The notes: generated from the letters alone by a model not told the origin. 64,000 nt of DNA from Actinomycetota bacterium (GCA_005779395.1 SXJP01000040.1:16970-80969), one strand, 5' to 3'. Numbered from the stretch's first letter, positions 48,673-58,860 are shown. Made by a program: numbers and translations.

Positions 48673-49491
48673 GTGAACGCAATTTCCGTAAGCGCAATCT
48701 GCACGTTCGGCCTTTCTCTCGAAGACGACATCGCCTTTTGGCGCCGACATGGCATCACAAATGTTGGTGTTTCTATTGCGAAGATCGAGCGCGAGGGCTG
48801 GAGTAAAGGCGTCGACCTTGTGCGTTGCGCTCAGCGCGATGCTGGTCTTCAGGTAGGCAACCTGATCGGTCTCGGACCGTTTCACCTTGCTGATCGAGCG
48901 CAGTGGACGACTCAGCGCGAACGGCTCTTGCGGTCTCTCGACGCTGCCGAAGGTTTCGACGCTGGCTGCATAGTTGTCACTACGGGTCCAGCCGGACCAC
49001 TCTGTTGGGAAGATGCCGCCGACGCGCTCTACGAGGCCATGGAGCCCGTGATAGACGAAGCCCGGCGGCGCGGAATTGTTATTGCGCTAGAACACACGAA
49101 CTCGTTGCGAGTTGACGTTGGCTTCATACACACGTTGCGCGACGCGATCGACTTGGCGCGGCGACTAGAGCTAGGCGTTTGCATGGAAATCAATGCTTGC
49201 TGGGCCGAGCGAGACCTCGCAAGCACAGTCAAGAACGGCATCGATGTAATCGAACTCGTGCAGGTTTCCGACTTCGCTGTCGGCACACTTTCGACGCCGA
49301 ACAGGTTGGTTCCTGGCGATGGCGACATCCCACTCGATCGAATTCTCACCAACGTGATTGCTGCCGGTTACGCAGGCGCGTTCGACCTCGAGTTAATAGG
49401 TCCGCGTATCGACGACGAGGGCTACGAAATTGCGGTGCCACGCGCTATCGCGGCTCTATCTGAGATGCTCGATGAGATCAAGCCCACATGA
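48673..49491 (+). CDS. Sugar phosphate isomerase/epimerase (xylose-isomerase-like TIM barrel)
   Basis: ALEH, VQVSD, RLVPGDGDIP, GY.G.FDLE. Confidence 0.8.
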   Translation: MNAISVSAICTFGLSLEDDIAFWRRHGITNVGVSIAKIEREGWSKGVDLVRCAQRDAGLQVGNLIGLGPFHLADRAQWTTQRERLLRSLDAAEGFDAGCIVVTTGPAGPLCWEDAADALYEAMEPVIDEARRRGIVIALEHTNSLRVDVGFIHTLRDAIDLARRLELGVCMEINACWAERDLASTVKNGIDVIELVQVSDFAVGTLSTPNRLVPGDGDIPLDRILTNVIAAGYAGAFDLELIGPRIDDEGYEIAVPRAIAALSEMLDEIKPT

Positions 49492-50233
49492 ACGCGCCAC
49501 CGTCGGCCATGAAAGTATGACCCGTTAGGTACCTGCTCGCGTCGGAACACAAGAACCATGCGAGTGGACCAATATCCCATTCGGGGTCGCCTTGCCTGCG
49601 CATCGGACAATTTTCGATGAACTGCCGGTAGCCCTCGCTCTGCTTTGCTGAGTCGCCTTTGTGTGTCGCTGCTGCTGGCGCGATCGCGTTCACGACAATT
49701 CCGTCCATTGCCCACTCGCGCGCAGCCGTGCGAGTAAGTGCGCGGATCGCTTCCTTTGATGCTCCATAGGCAGCAAAGCCTGCGCCACCTGTTATGCCCA
49801 TAGACGATGCAAAGTTGATGATGCGACCCCACTTCTGTTCAGCCATATGCGGATATACGGCTTGCATGGCCCACAGCGTTCCTTTAACTCCTGACTGAAT
49901 GAATACGTCGATGTCGCTTTCGGTGACGCTCTTAATTTCTGCGAGCGGCCGAAAAGTCTGAGCGTTGTTAATGAGGCCATCGACCCTGCCGAACCGTTCA
50001 ATGGTTGCTGTGACCATTGCATCGATCTGGTCGCGTTCCATGATGTTCACAGCGACCCCGAGGCAGTCGGCGCCTAGCGCTTCAAGTTGCGCGACTGCAG
50101 ATGCGAGAAGGTCCTGTTTCCATTCCGCGACCACGACCTTGGCTCCTCCTTTAGCGAGGTGCAACGCCATGCCAAGTCCAATGCCCCGGCCAGACCCAGT
50201 AACGATGACGACCTTTCCAGCAACACTGTGCAT
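49478..50233 (-). CDS. SDR family oxidoreductase
   Basis: TGSGRGIG, NNAQ, YGASK; AGGAG before ATG 50233. Confidence 0.9.
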   Translation of the reverse strand: MHSVAGKVVIVTGSGRGIGLGMALHLAKGGAKVVVAEWKQDLLASAVAQLEALGADCLGVAVNIMERDQIDAMVTATIERFGRVDGLINNAQTFRPLAEIKSVTESDIDVFIQSGVKGTLWAMQAVYPHMAEQKWGRIINFASSMGITGGAGFAAYGASKEAIRALTRTAAREWAMDGIVVNAIAPAAATHKGDSAKQSEGYRQFIENCPMRRQGDPEWDIGPLAWFLCSDASRYLTGHTFMADGGAFMWA

Positions 50234-50505
50234 GGCTCCTGCGTCCGTCGGCATGGCGAGCGGGTAATCGCCGTCGATATAAGTCCATGTTTCGTTCAAT
50301 GCAGTTCCTCCGAGCACCTCTAAACCTGACGCGCGTGTCACCTTAGCGATGCATGTACATGCCCCTCATCTTCCGTTTTGCTACTCGCTGTGGTTACTTA
50401 ACTACTTACAGTGTGGACAACTTGTCCGTGGCGCGATTCGGTCGCTAGTTTCTGCGAGTTGCTCGCCCTTTCGGGTCGAGATGATTAGCGACGAAAGAGC
50501 CGACT

Positions 50506-51444
50506 CTGTCACCTAGACCGACCCCGACAAATCAGAGCAGGTGGAGGCGAAAACTCGCTCTCTTCGTTGCTGTCGGCTCAATCATCGGCATTTGGCTTTG
50601 TCCCGTCACTGCTAGCGCGAACCCGAGCGATGACATCAGTACAGCGATGGCCGAAGCCGATCGCCTCGCCGAGAGATGGTTCGCCGCGCAAGAAGAAGCC
50701 GCAACGCTCGATGCGCGGATCGAAGAACTCGAAGTCGATCTAGAAAATCTACAAACAACAACTGTGGCTTCGCGAGACACGGCTCATCGCCTAGCTGTGA
50801 GTCTCTATCAGCGCGATATTCCGGTCCCAGTGGGGGAATTATTCGGCGGCACAGACGCCATGGATACTGCGCGACGGGCCGTAATCCTTGGACAAGTCAA
50901 CGAAAGCGCAAGAGATGAGTTACAGATCTACACGATTTCTGTTCGTGATGCTCGCGCTCGCCTCAAAGAAATCGAGCGGCAACGCGTAGAGCATGCGGCG
51001 GTTCTCGCACAATTGGACCGCGACCAAGTCGCAATGAAAAAGCAGTTGGCGGCGGCGCAACGCGCATATCGGGCTGAGCTCGCAGCACTAGCGGACGCGA
51101 CCACGACTACCGCGGCGCCTAGCGAATCATCTGACGACGCCCCAGCGACCGTTGATCCGCCACCCCCACCGCAACCGGGTGAATACGAGCATCGCAACGA
51201 TCCGTTCTTGTCGTGCGTCCGGCAAAGAGAAAGCCACGGGATATACACCGCAGTGAATCCTGCTGGTTACTACGGCGCATATCAGTTCGGGTCAAGTACA
51301 TGGGACGTCACCGCATCGCACGCAGGCAGACCGGAACTCATCGGAGTTCGGCCAGATACCGCATCTGTTTGGGACCAAGACGAACTCGCGTGGGTCTTGT
51401 ACCAATGGCAGGGAATGGGTCCGTGGGGCGGTGGCTGCGGCTAA
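50506..51444 (+). CDS. Secreted coiled-coil protein with C-terminal Rpf-like lytic transglycosylase domain
   Basis: CVRQRESHG..YGAYQF..TW..DQD..LY..QG..PW; an in-frame signal peptide lies upstream of ATG 50647; CTG 50506 start is inferred. Confidence 0.8.
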   Translation: MSPRPTPTNQSRWRRKLALFVAVGSIIGIWLCPVTASANPSDDISTAMAEADRLAERWFAAQEEAATLDARIEELEVDLENLQTTTVASRDTAHRLAVSLYQRDIPVPVGELFGGTDAMDTARRAVILGQVNESARDELQIYTISVRDARARLKEIERQRVEHAAVLAQLDRDQVAMKKQLAAAQRAYRAELAALADATTTTAAPSESSDDAPATVDPPPPPQPGEYEHRNDPFLSCVRQRESHGIYTAVNPAGYYGAYQFGSSTWDVTASHAGRPELIGVRPDTASVWDQDELAWVLYQWQGMGPWGGGCG

Positions 51445-51800
51445 CGAATCATGTAAGCCTTGCGCACGGTTGTGTGCACAACGCAAGTGCCTCGCCAGCC
51501 TTCCGCGAAAAACGCGACTACGTCTGGGCCAACCTCGATTACTTCACCGGACTCGTGGGTATAGGTAGCTGTGCCCGAAATGAAGTAACAAAACTCGTCG
51601 CTCGTTACATGGCAATCCCACGACCCTGGCGTGCAGGTCCAGATACCGCACTCGGATTCGTTGTGGGATCCACGATGAATCATTCGCCCGGCGGTCTTAG
51701 ACAGCCCCTCGATAGGCGCTGCGACCGGACCCCAATCAACTAGTTCCGTAACCGTTGAAGCGTCTTCTAGACGCGGCACACTCGAACTTGTTGCGGTCAT
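51441..51800 (-). CDS. Cupin (DUF861/EutQ-like)
   Basis: GIWTCTPG, DEFCYFISG, GD-like turn, F..GWRG, VRKAY. Confidence 0.85.
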   Translation of the reverse strand: MTATSSSVPRLEDASTVTELVDWGPVAAPIEGLSKTAGRMIHRGSHNESECGIWTCTPGSWDCHVTSDEFCYFISGTATYTHESGEVIEVGPDVVAFFAEGWRGTCVVHTTVRKAYMIR

Positions 51801-53089
51801 GGCCGCGAACTTTGCACAAGTGCGTCGAGAATCCTCGCGGCCTTCTTAGCGCCATTGTCCGACTGCATGTTCGCGCTCGTTGTTGCTAGGCGTTGATGCA
51901 TCGCCTTGTCTGTTAACAATGTGTTGATCGCCGCGGCAAACTCATCGTCGGACCAGTTTGAACGATGCATCGTGAGACCATGCCCGGTCTCGGCGACCCG
52001 CGTGGCGTTGTCGTGACCATCCCACACGTATGGCAACACAAGAGCAGGCTTGCCGAAATAGAGGCACTCAGTGAAGGAGTTGTTACCTCCATGGTGAATC
52101 ACCGCGTCTACCTGTGGGATCACAGACGGTTGCGGGTACCACGCGGCCAAGTGAACATTTGCTGGTGGTGTCGAATACCGATCCAGATATTCACCAACAT
52201 TTATCAAACACCGGTATGGCAGGCGCCCTAGCAACTCGATGATCCGGTCGAACAAGGCTGTGTCACCAGCGCCAAGACTTCCGAAAGATAGATACAAAAG
52301 CGGCGCATCGTTGTGCAACGCGAACACAGGGACTTCATACGGTTCGTCGTCGCGCACGCAACCCTGTAGGTACTCGAACTGCGGCGAGGCAAGTGGGATG
52401 CGACGATCAAATGCAACTGCTTCTGGATAAAGCAAGAAATTACACCATGGGGATGCCTCGAAGAACTGTCCCAACGGATACGGAGCTTCGCCACACTCAG
52501 CCAAAAAGCTATTGAAATCAGCATGTATCGGCGCGATGACCTCATTGAAATGTGTCTCGAATGCGACATGACCTTCGTGGTCATTCGATTTGCAGCCAGA
52601 TAGGTGTGGCGGAATACTCGCATCGGGGATCTCATTCTCACTACACGAGATAATCCGAACCCATGGTTTGCCGTACCGCTTGATCGCAGGAAACAAGATG
52701 ACGTTGTCTACACACACGACGTCGGCACCGATTTGGGCCAACGCTGCAGGCAGACTTTTCTCCGCCCACTTAGCTGTGTCGACTACCGCCTCCCAGCACT
52801 CCTTCACATAGTTGTCGATTTGCTCATAGGGCGACAACGCGAAGTTCGGGATGTGAGAGTTAATGAAGTCCGTCCAGTAACGCGCCATTTCCTCTGCCGG
52901 CATCGGTTCAGAGAGGCCGACCTCAACTTCTTCGAAACCGTACGCAGAAAAAACGCCAGTGAAGCCAGGGTCTCGAATGAAGACGCAACGGTGGCCGAGG
53001 TCGCGGCATGCCTGCGCGATGCCAACCGAGTTGAGCGCAGGGCCGTAAGCGCCCTCGGGAAAGAGAGCGATCGTCCCCGGCGTGCTCAT
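51797..53089 (-). CDS. GT1/UGT-family glycosyltransferase (GT-B fold)
   Basis: YLSFGSLG; PSPG-like box WYPQPSVIPQVDAVIHHGGNNSFTECLYFGKPALVLPYVWDG. Confidence 0.85.
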   Translation of the reverse strand: MSTPGTIALFPEGAYGPALNSVGIAQACRDLGHRCVFIRDPGFTGVFSAYGFEEVEVGLSEPMPAEEMARYWTDFINSHIPNFALSPYEQIDNYVKECWEAVVDTAKWAEKSLPAALAQIGADVVCVDNVILFPAIKRYGKPWVRIISCSENEIPDASIPPHLSGCKSNDHEGHVAFETHFNEVIAPIHADFNSFLAECGEAPYPLGQFFEASPWCNFLLYPEAVAFDRRIPLASPQFEYLQGCVRDDEPYEVPVFALHNDAPLLYLSFGSLGAGDTALFDRIIELLGRLPYRCLINVGEYLDRYSTPPANVHLAAWYPQPSVIPQVDAVIHHGGNNSFTECLYFGKPALVLPYVWDGHDNATRVAETGHGLTMHRSNWSDDEFAAAINTLLTDKAMHQRLATTSANMQSDNGAKKAARILDALVQSSRP

Positions 53090-53946
53090 CCACCACCTGT
53101 CAAGGTCGCTGCTATCTCACTACTCGAGTCCCCGGAGCGTCGCAAGACGAACACGACCGACCCAAGTGCAACGAGTGTCGCAAGCAAGATCAAGGTCGAT
53201 GCTGCTGCTAAGTCCGGCCGCAACACTGAGCGAACCTTGCCAAATACATACAGCGGGAACGTCGACGAACCGGGCCGACCCGTGAACTGGCTTATGACAA
53301 CGTTGTCGAGGCTGAACGTGAACGCCAAGAGCCCACCAGCGAGCAATGCAGGAAAAATGAGCGGCAGCGTTATCTGGAAAAATGCCCTTCGTGGCGTGGC
53401 ATACAGATCTGCTGCTGCTTCTTCGAGAGCATCGTCGAGTCCGGCCATGCGAGCACGCACGATGAGCGTCACGACCGCTGAACTAAAAATCGCATGCCCG
53501 ACGACTATTGGGAAAAGGCTACGCATGAACGGGACCGACGGCTGAACAAATGGCCCACCCACCTCGACAAACCAGACCTGTAGCCCGATGGCGTCGACAA
53601 TTTCGGGAGTTACCAAAATCAAGAATATGACTGCGAGAAAACCCTTGGTCCATGACCCTGGACGACGTGCCAACGCAACCCCAGCAAGACCACCGAAAAC
53701 GACGGAAATCGGCGATGAGTACAGGGCGACTTTGAATGAATTAGTGATCGTGTCTTTGAGTTGCTGATTCTCAAATAGTTTTCCGTACCAGTCGGTAGTG
53801 AATCCGCCCCAGCGCGTAAGAGCATTTGAGTCCGAAAAACTGTGGACCACGATAAAAAGAATCGGCAAGTACAAGAAGACAAGCACGATCGCAGCCCACG
53901 CGCCAAGCGAAAGACTGATGGTGTCGATGCGACGTCGCCTAACCAT
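53086..53946 (-). CDS. potC: Polyamine ABC transporter permease (PotC-like)
   Basis: FLYLPI, TTDWY, LEEAAADLYA, FTFSLD. Confidence 0.85.
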   Translation of the reverse strand: MVRRRRIDTISLSLGAWAAIVLVFLYLPILFIVVHSFSDSNALTRWGGFTTDWYGKLFENQQLKDTITNSFKVALYSSPISVVFGGLAGVALARRPGSWTKGFLAVIFLILVTPEIVDAIGLQVWFVEVGGPFVQPSVPFMRSLFPIVVGHAIFSSAVVTLIVRARMAGLDDALEEAAADLYATPRRAFFQITLPLIFPALLAGGLLAFTFSLDNVVISQFTGRPGSSTFPLYVFGKVRSVLRPDLAAASTLILLATLVALGSVVFVLRRSGDSSSEIAATLTGGG

Positions 53947-54910
53947 TTGTCGCCACCGCAAGGTCATCTCCGCGTGTGCCTGGAATGTCGACTTTCCGCA
54001 TCCGGTGTAGCACTGCCTTGAAAGCGAACGAGATAATCGCAACGATCGCAATCACGAGGAGGATGCTGCCCATAAGCATGACAGCGATCGCGGACCCGAG
54101 CGCCTGGTTTTGAGCCTGCAAGAACTGTGAAGCAACAAGCGCGCCAGACATGTTGCCGTCAGCTCCACCTAGCACTGCCGCGGTGATGTAGTCGCCAGAC
54201 AACGGAATAAAGACAAGCAACAGTCCCGCGATCACTCCGGGTGCACATAGAGGCAATGTGACTTGTAAGAACGTCTTGAGGCGAGAAGCACCGAGGTCCT
54301 TGCTCGCTTCGCGCAATGCTGGCTCGAGTCGATCGAGTGTGACGAACAGCGGGAAAATCATGAGTGGCAAGTAGTTGTACACAACTCCAAGCTGAACCGC
54401 GGCCTTAGTGTTTAGGACCTGAATGTTTGAGTCGCGCATGCCGATGTCTTGTAGCCAGTTCGACAAGAACCCAACCGGCGACAAAACGATCCGCCATGCG
54501 ATCGTCCGAATCAAGAAGTTCGTCCAGAACGGAATTATCAAGACACCTAAGAAAATGCCGCGCCAGCGCGCTGGAATCCGAATCGCCATGAAGTACGCGA
54601 CTGGAAATCCAATAATGAGGCAAAGCAAAGTCCCAGTTATCGAGATGCGCATCGTCTGCTGCAATACAACAAAGAACGTCGGCTTGATTGCATCGCGATA
54701 ACGGTCGAGTGTCAGTGGGCTGAATTCAGTCCGACCAGCCGAGCCTGGAATCTTCGTCCCGAAGCTATAAAAAATAATTAGTACGACAGGGACCAAGAAG
54801 AAGGCCACGTAGTAGCCCCACGACGGCAGGGCCAACGCAAACTTCGGCAGCCTCAGCGAGCGCCTCGGCGCGCGATGCACCGAGGCTCCGAAGTCCGACG
54901 TAGTTGTCAT
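53939..54910 (-). CDS. potB: Polyamine ABC transporter permease (PotB-like)
   Basis: IGFPVAY, PFWTNFLIRTIAW, YNYLPLMIFP, EASKDLGA. Confidence 0.85.
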   Translation of the reverse strand: MTTTSDFGASVHRAPRRSLRLPKFALALPSWGYYVAFFLVPVVLIIFYSFGTKIPGSAGRTEFSPLTLDRYRDAIKPTFFVVLQQTMRISITGTLLCLIIGFPVAYFMAIRIPARWRGIFLGVLIIPFWTNFLIRTIAWRIVLSPVGFLSNWLQDIGMRDSNIQVLNTKAAVQLGVVYNYLPLMIFPLFVTLDRLEPALREASKDLGASRLKTFLQVTLPLCAPGVIAGLLLVFIPLSGDYITAAVLGGADGNMSGALVASQFLQAQNQALGSAIAVMLMGSILLVIAIVAIISFAFKAVLHRMRKVDIPGTRGDDLAVATNG

Positions 54911-54928
54911 TGACGAATGCTTGGCGTA

Positions 54929-56089
54929 TTACGCGCCAGCAGCTGCCTTCGTGTTGTTGTAAATCTCGACGAGGCGGTCTTGTGCGCTGTTCACTGCCCC
55001 TGCGTGCATCGTCGCGACCTGAGCGTCTTCGAAGAAGATCATGTCGGCATATGGGAGGTCGTCAGGCAACAGGCTCGCAATGTCTGCCATGCCTGTGTTG
55101 TAACCGTGGAACTCAAGGTCCTTGACGGAGTTGTCCTGGTCAAGGATGAAGTTGATGAAGTCGTGTGCACCGTCTGGGTTTGGTGCGCCCTTCACGATTG
55201 CCCAGTTGTCCATCCAGAGTTCGGTGACAGGTCCGCCCAACGCCCACGAGTAATCAGCGGGGTCGCCTCCGGCACCTTCGTGGGCGATATATCCCATCCT
55301 GGCGTCACCGTTCCATGCCTGTGAAAGCACGTAGTTGCCTTCAACGAGTGTGACACCAGGGTATGAATCGAATGCCTTGATGTGTTTGGCGAGGGTGTTG
55401 ACCAGGTAATCCTCAGCAGCATCTAGATGAGCCGGGTCTTCTGTTGTCCAGTCGATTCCGTTAGCCCAGAAGTAGAGACCGCAGAGGTTTCCTGGCGTGT
55501 CGAGCACAGAGACTTGGCCGCTTGCCGGGCCTTCGCATGCGGCGAGGAAGTCGGCCCAGGTGACGATCGGGGTCGTAATGACTCGATTGTCGTACATGAA
55601 CCCGGTAGAACCCCAGTCCTTGCAGACCGAGTACTGGTTGCCCTGATCCCAAGCCTGGTTCGTGTAGGCAACGTCGAGGTTCTTGAAGTTTGGAATCTTT
55701 GATAGGTCGAGTTTCTGGAGAAGGTCCTCTGACACCATCTGCGGGATGAACACACCGGTAGGCACAACGACGTCGTAACCAGATGAGCCCTTTGCTGCTG
55801 CAAGCTTTTGGATGGCTTCCTCGTTTGAACCATAGATGTCGATCGTTAGACCACCCCATGAGTTGAGTAGTTCTTCGTCGTCGTAGTCGGCCCACGTGAA
55901 CAGGTTGATGTTCTTGTCGACCTTGCCGCCCATCGTGCTGCCTGTTGTCCCCGGCTTCTTCTCGTCGTCGCCACACGCAGCAAGGAATGCAGCTGCTGCA
56001 GTAGCACCAGAGAGCGCCAGGAAGTGCCTGCGGTTGAGTTGAGCTTTGAGGCGTTCTGCTGTCACCTGCGGAATAAGGATCTTGGTCAT
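54929..56089 (-). CDS. potD: Polyamine ABC transporter substrate-binding Tat lipoprotein (PotD/PotF-like)
   Basis: NRRHFL...LAAC; TWADY, SNEE, GYDVVVP, WNGD, WMDN. Confidence 0.87.
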   Translation of the reverse strand: MTKILIPQVTAERLKAQLNRRHFLALSGATAAAAFLAACGDDEKKPGTTGSTMGGKVDKNINLFTWADYDDEELLNSWGGLTIDIYGSNEEAIQKLAAAKGSSGYDVVVPTGVFIPQMVSEDLLQKLDLSKIPNFKNLDVAYTNQAWDQGNQYSVCKDWGSTGFMYDNRVITTPIVTWADFLAACEGPASGQVSVLDTPGNLCGLYFWANGIDWTTEDPAHLDAAEDYLVNTLAKHIKAFDSYPGVTLVEGNYVLSQAWNGDARMGYIAHEGAGGDPADYSWALGGPVTELWMDNWAIVKGAPNPDGAHDFINFILDQDNSVKDLEFHGYNTGMADIASLLPDDLPYADMIFFEDAQVATMHAGAVNSAQDRLVEIYNNTKAAAGA

Positions 56090-56107
56090 TGTCGCTCCCT
56101 AGTTCAG

Positions 56108-57271
56108 TCAGTCCCCAGATGGGGCGTTCTCGGTTGTCGGATCAACTAGCACCAGATCGCTCTGGCTTGAATCAAAAACATACGCGTCGGAAGCTGCCCA
56201 TGTGCACCAAACCGGGTCCCCTGGCAATACTCGCGCAGCTTCGCGCCTTGGTGCGCGAATCAGCAACTCTCTTGAGTCTGTGCGGACCACAAACTGCACG
56301 ATGTCCCCGAGCGGTGAAACGCCCGCAAGTACGCCAGCAACGCGGTTTGCGCCAGAGCCGGGGTCGGTGCTGGTGACTTCGATGGCTTCTGGTCTCACGC
56401 AAGCCAACACCGCGCTGCCAGCACCAATGCCCGACTGCATTTTTGCGCTTTCGATCTCGGTGCCGTCATAGGCTTTCAGGCCTCGGGTCGTAGCCGTGCC
56501 CTGCCAGAAGTTGTTCTGACCGATGAAGCCAGCGACGAAGGCCGACTTTGGGTCTTCATAGATCGTGTCTGGGTCTGCGAGTTGTTCGATATGACCTTCG
56601 AGCATCACGGCAATTCGGTCAGACATCGACAGGGCTTCTTCTTGGTCGTGAGTCACGAATATAAATGTGATTCCAAGATCACGCTGCAACATCTTGAGTT
56701 CGATCTGCATCTCTTGGCGAAGCTTCCGGTCGAGTGCACCAAGCGGTTCATCGAGTAGCAGAACGCTCGGGTTGTTTACGAGAGCACGCGCGAGAGCAAC
56801 ACGCTGTTGCTGTCCACCCGACATCTGACGAGGCTTGCGTTTCGCGAGTTTGGTCATCTTGACCATTTCGAGGGCTTCGCCGACACGGCGCGCAATCTCT
56901 TTCTTGTCGACGCGCTTTTGGCGAAGTCCGTACGCGACATTCTCGGCGACAGTCATGTGCGGAAAAAGTGAGTAGTTCTGGAACACGGTATTGACGTCGC
57001 GTTTGTAAGGAGGAAGCGCAGACACTTCTCGGCCGGAGATGTACATAGACCCGCCGTCAGGATTTTCGAAGCCCGCGAGCATTCGCAGAGTTGTTGTCTT
57101 GCCGCAACCGCTTGGACCTAAGAGCGACAAGAACTCACCTGGCGCTACACGAAGGTCGATCGAATCGACAGCGACTACGTCGCCAAAAAACTTGCTCACG
57201 CCGACGATGTCAACTGAACCATTCGCTGTCTGCAATCCAAACTCGTTTGTCTCGATTGAAGCCATAGTCAT
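56108..57271 (-). CDS. potA: Polyamine ABC transporter ATP-binding protein (PotA-like)
   Basis: GPSGCGKTT, PPYKRDVNTVFQNY, MSGGQQQRVALARAL, THDQEEAL; ATGA overlap. Confidence 0.9.
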   Translation of the reverse strand: MTMASIETNEFGLQTANGSVDIVGVSKFFGDVVAVDSIDLRVAPGEFLSLLGPSGCGKTTTLRMLAGFENPDGGSMYISGREVSALPPYKRDVNTVFQNYSLFPHMTVAENVAYGLRQKRVDKKEIARRVGEALEMVKMTKLAKRKPRQMSGGQQQRVALARALVNNPSVLLLDEPLGALDRKLRQEMQIELKMLQRDLGITFIFVTHDQEEALSMSDRIAVMLEGHIEQLADPDTIYEDPKSAFVAGFIGQNNFWQGTATTRGLKAYDGTEIESAKMQSGIGAGSAVLACVRPEAIEVTSTDPGSGANRVAGVLAGVSPLGDIVQFVVRTDSRELLIRAPRREAARVLPGDPVWCTWAASDAYVFDSSQSDLVLVDPTTENAPSGD

Positions 57272-58860
57272 ACTCGCCACACCTGCGCACCTTTTACCCA
57301 TGTGCCCTTCACCGGCACGTCGGCAATCTCGAGGCCACCGATCGAAGTGATGTCTGCCCCAAGTAGGCAGAAGTCAGCCCGCTGTCCCACGCTTATTGAC
57401 CCCCGTTTATCGTCGAACGCTTGAAACGCAACGTCCGAAGTGTACGCACGAATCGCTTCAACAATTTTTATTCGTTCCTCTGGCATCCATCCATCACGTG
57501 GCGTGCCGTCTGGCATCTGGCGAGTGACCGCAACCGACAGGCCGCGGAGTGGCGATAACGACGACACCGGCCAGTCGCTACCAAAAGAGATGCGGCTACC
57601 GAGACGAGCGAGGCTCGCTATCGGGTATTGCATCTCCGAGCGCAATGGTCCAAGTTTCTTTGAGACGATCTCAGAAATCGGTTCGAGTCGCGCCCAGAGT
57701 GGCTCAAAGTTCGCTATCACTCCCAGGGAAGCGAAGCGACCACGATCTGCAATGTCCACTAATTGGGTGTGCGCAATTACAGAACGCTGCGGCGCGGTCG
57801 TGTTGACGCGACCGGCGTGCTCAATCGCGTCTAACGCCATCCGGACTCCCCCATCACCGATGGCATGGATATGTATCTGGAATCCTGCCGCAGCAAACGT
57901 TGCGACCGCCTCAGCGAGCTCCGCTGGCACCCAGTTCGGCAAGCCACAGTCGTGTGGCTCTACCTCGTATGGCTCGAGCACGAAACCCGTGCCCTGTTCA
58001 ATGACACCGTCGGCGAAGAACTTGACAGTGAACGCAGTCAGTCGACCTGCGGCAGCTGGGTCAGCATCGACTTCGGCGCGCCAGTTGCAAAAATCGGCGA
58101 CTTGATCGCGCCATTTTTTTGGATCTGCTCGCCACGCCATGTTGATGTCCAGCTTTAGGCGGTCCTGCCGAGCTGCCTCTAGGTAGATCGCAGCATCAGC
58201 CGCCGTGACCATCGCGTCTTGAGACCACACAATGCCATTGCTCAAGAAGTGCTCGACGGCGACATCTAGGCCCGCACGGCGTTGGTCGTCTGTCGTTTCG
58301 GGCACATGCCTGTCGATCAGGTCAATAGCCCCCCATTCCACGAGCATCCCCGATGGCGAGTTGTCCGACCGACGCAGAATCTGTCCAAGTTGCGGCTCGC
58401 TAGTAAGCGCATCTATCCCGGCGATTTCGAGCGCCCGACTATTTACCCAAACGGTGTGATAGTCGGCAGCGCTCAGCTTGACCGGACGGTCGCTGACTAC
58501 GGCGTCGAGCCATGCGGCATCGCCCCGCCCGTCAGGCAACAATGACGGGTCATAAGGGCCAGCAACTATCCATGGCAGATCAGGATTCGTTGCGGCGTAG
58601 CGCCCGATCGTCGCAACGATCTCTTCGGTGCTGCTGCAATGCTCCAAGGGACAGCGATTGAGGTCTATCCCGCCCTCGAGCGGATGCGCATGGCCATCCC
58701 TGAAGCCACTAATAAGCAGGCCGCCTTCGAGGTCGACCTCTTTGCCACCTAGTTCTTTGGCGTCATCTCCAAGCCCGATGATGACACCATCGTGCACTGC
58801 TACGGCATCCGCTCGCGACCCGTCAGCACCCAGCACCAAGCCATTGACAAAACACTCCAC
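57268..58860 (-). CDS. Amidohydrolase 3 family (YtcJ/NfdA-like)
   Basis: GFRDGHAH, KFFADG, HAIGD, IAH, GSDWPV; GGGGGG RBS before GTG 58860. Confidence 0.87.
   Translation of the reverse strand: MECFVNGLVLGADGSRADAVAVHDGVIIGLGDDAKELGGKEVDLEGGLLISGFRDGHAHPLEGGIDLNRCPLEHCSSTEEIVATIGRYAATNPDLPWIVAGPYDPSLLPDGRGDAAWLDAVVSDRPVKLSAADYHTVWVNSRALEIAGIDALTSEPQLGQILRRSDNSPSGMLVEWGAIDLIDRHVPETTDDQRRAGLDVAVEHFLSNGIVWSQDAMVTAADAAIYLEAARQDRLKLDINMAWRADPKKWRDQVADFCNWRAEVDADPAAAGRLTAFTVKFFADGVIEQGTGFVLEPYEVEPHDCGLPNWVPAELAEAVATFAAAGFQIHIHAIGDGGVRMALDAIEHAGRVNTTAPQRSVIAHTQLVDIADRGRFASLGVIANFEPLWARLEPISEIVSKKLGPLRSEMQYPIASLARLGSRISFGSDWPVSSLSPLRGLSVAVTRQMPDGTPRDGWMPEERIKIVEAIRAYTSDVAFQAFDDKRGSISVGQRADFCLLGADITSIGGLEIADVPVKGTWVKGAQVWRV

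Noticed and set aside
50234-50341. In-frame N-terminal extension of the SDR
   Set aside because: A good RBS precedes ATG 50233; the extension has no recognisable homology and may be a remnant.
50400-50530. c-di-AMP (ydaO) riboswitch upstream of the Rpf-like gene
   Set aside because: The hallmark GGGGAACC, GGGGTGAA and CCGTCAGCTAAC segments are absent.
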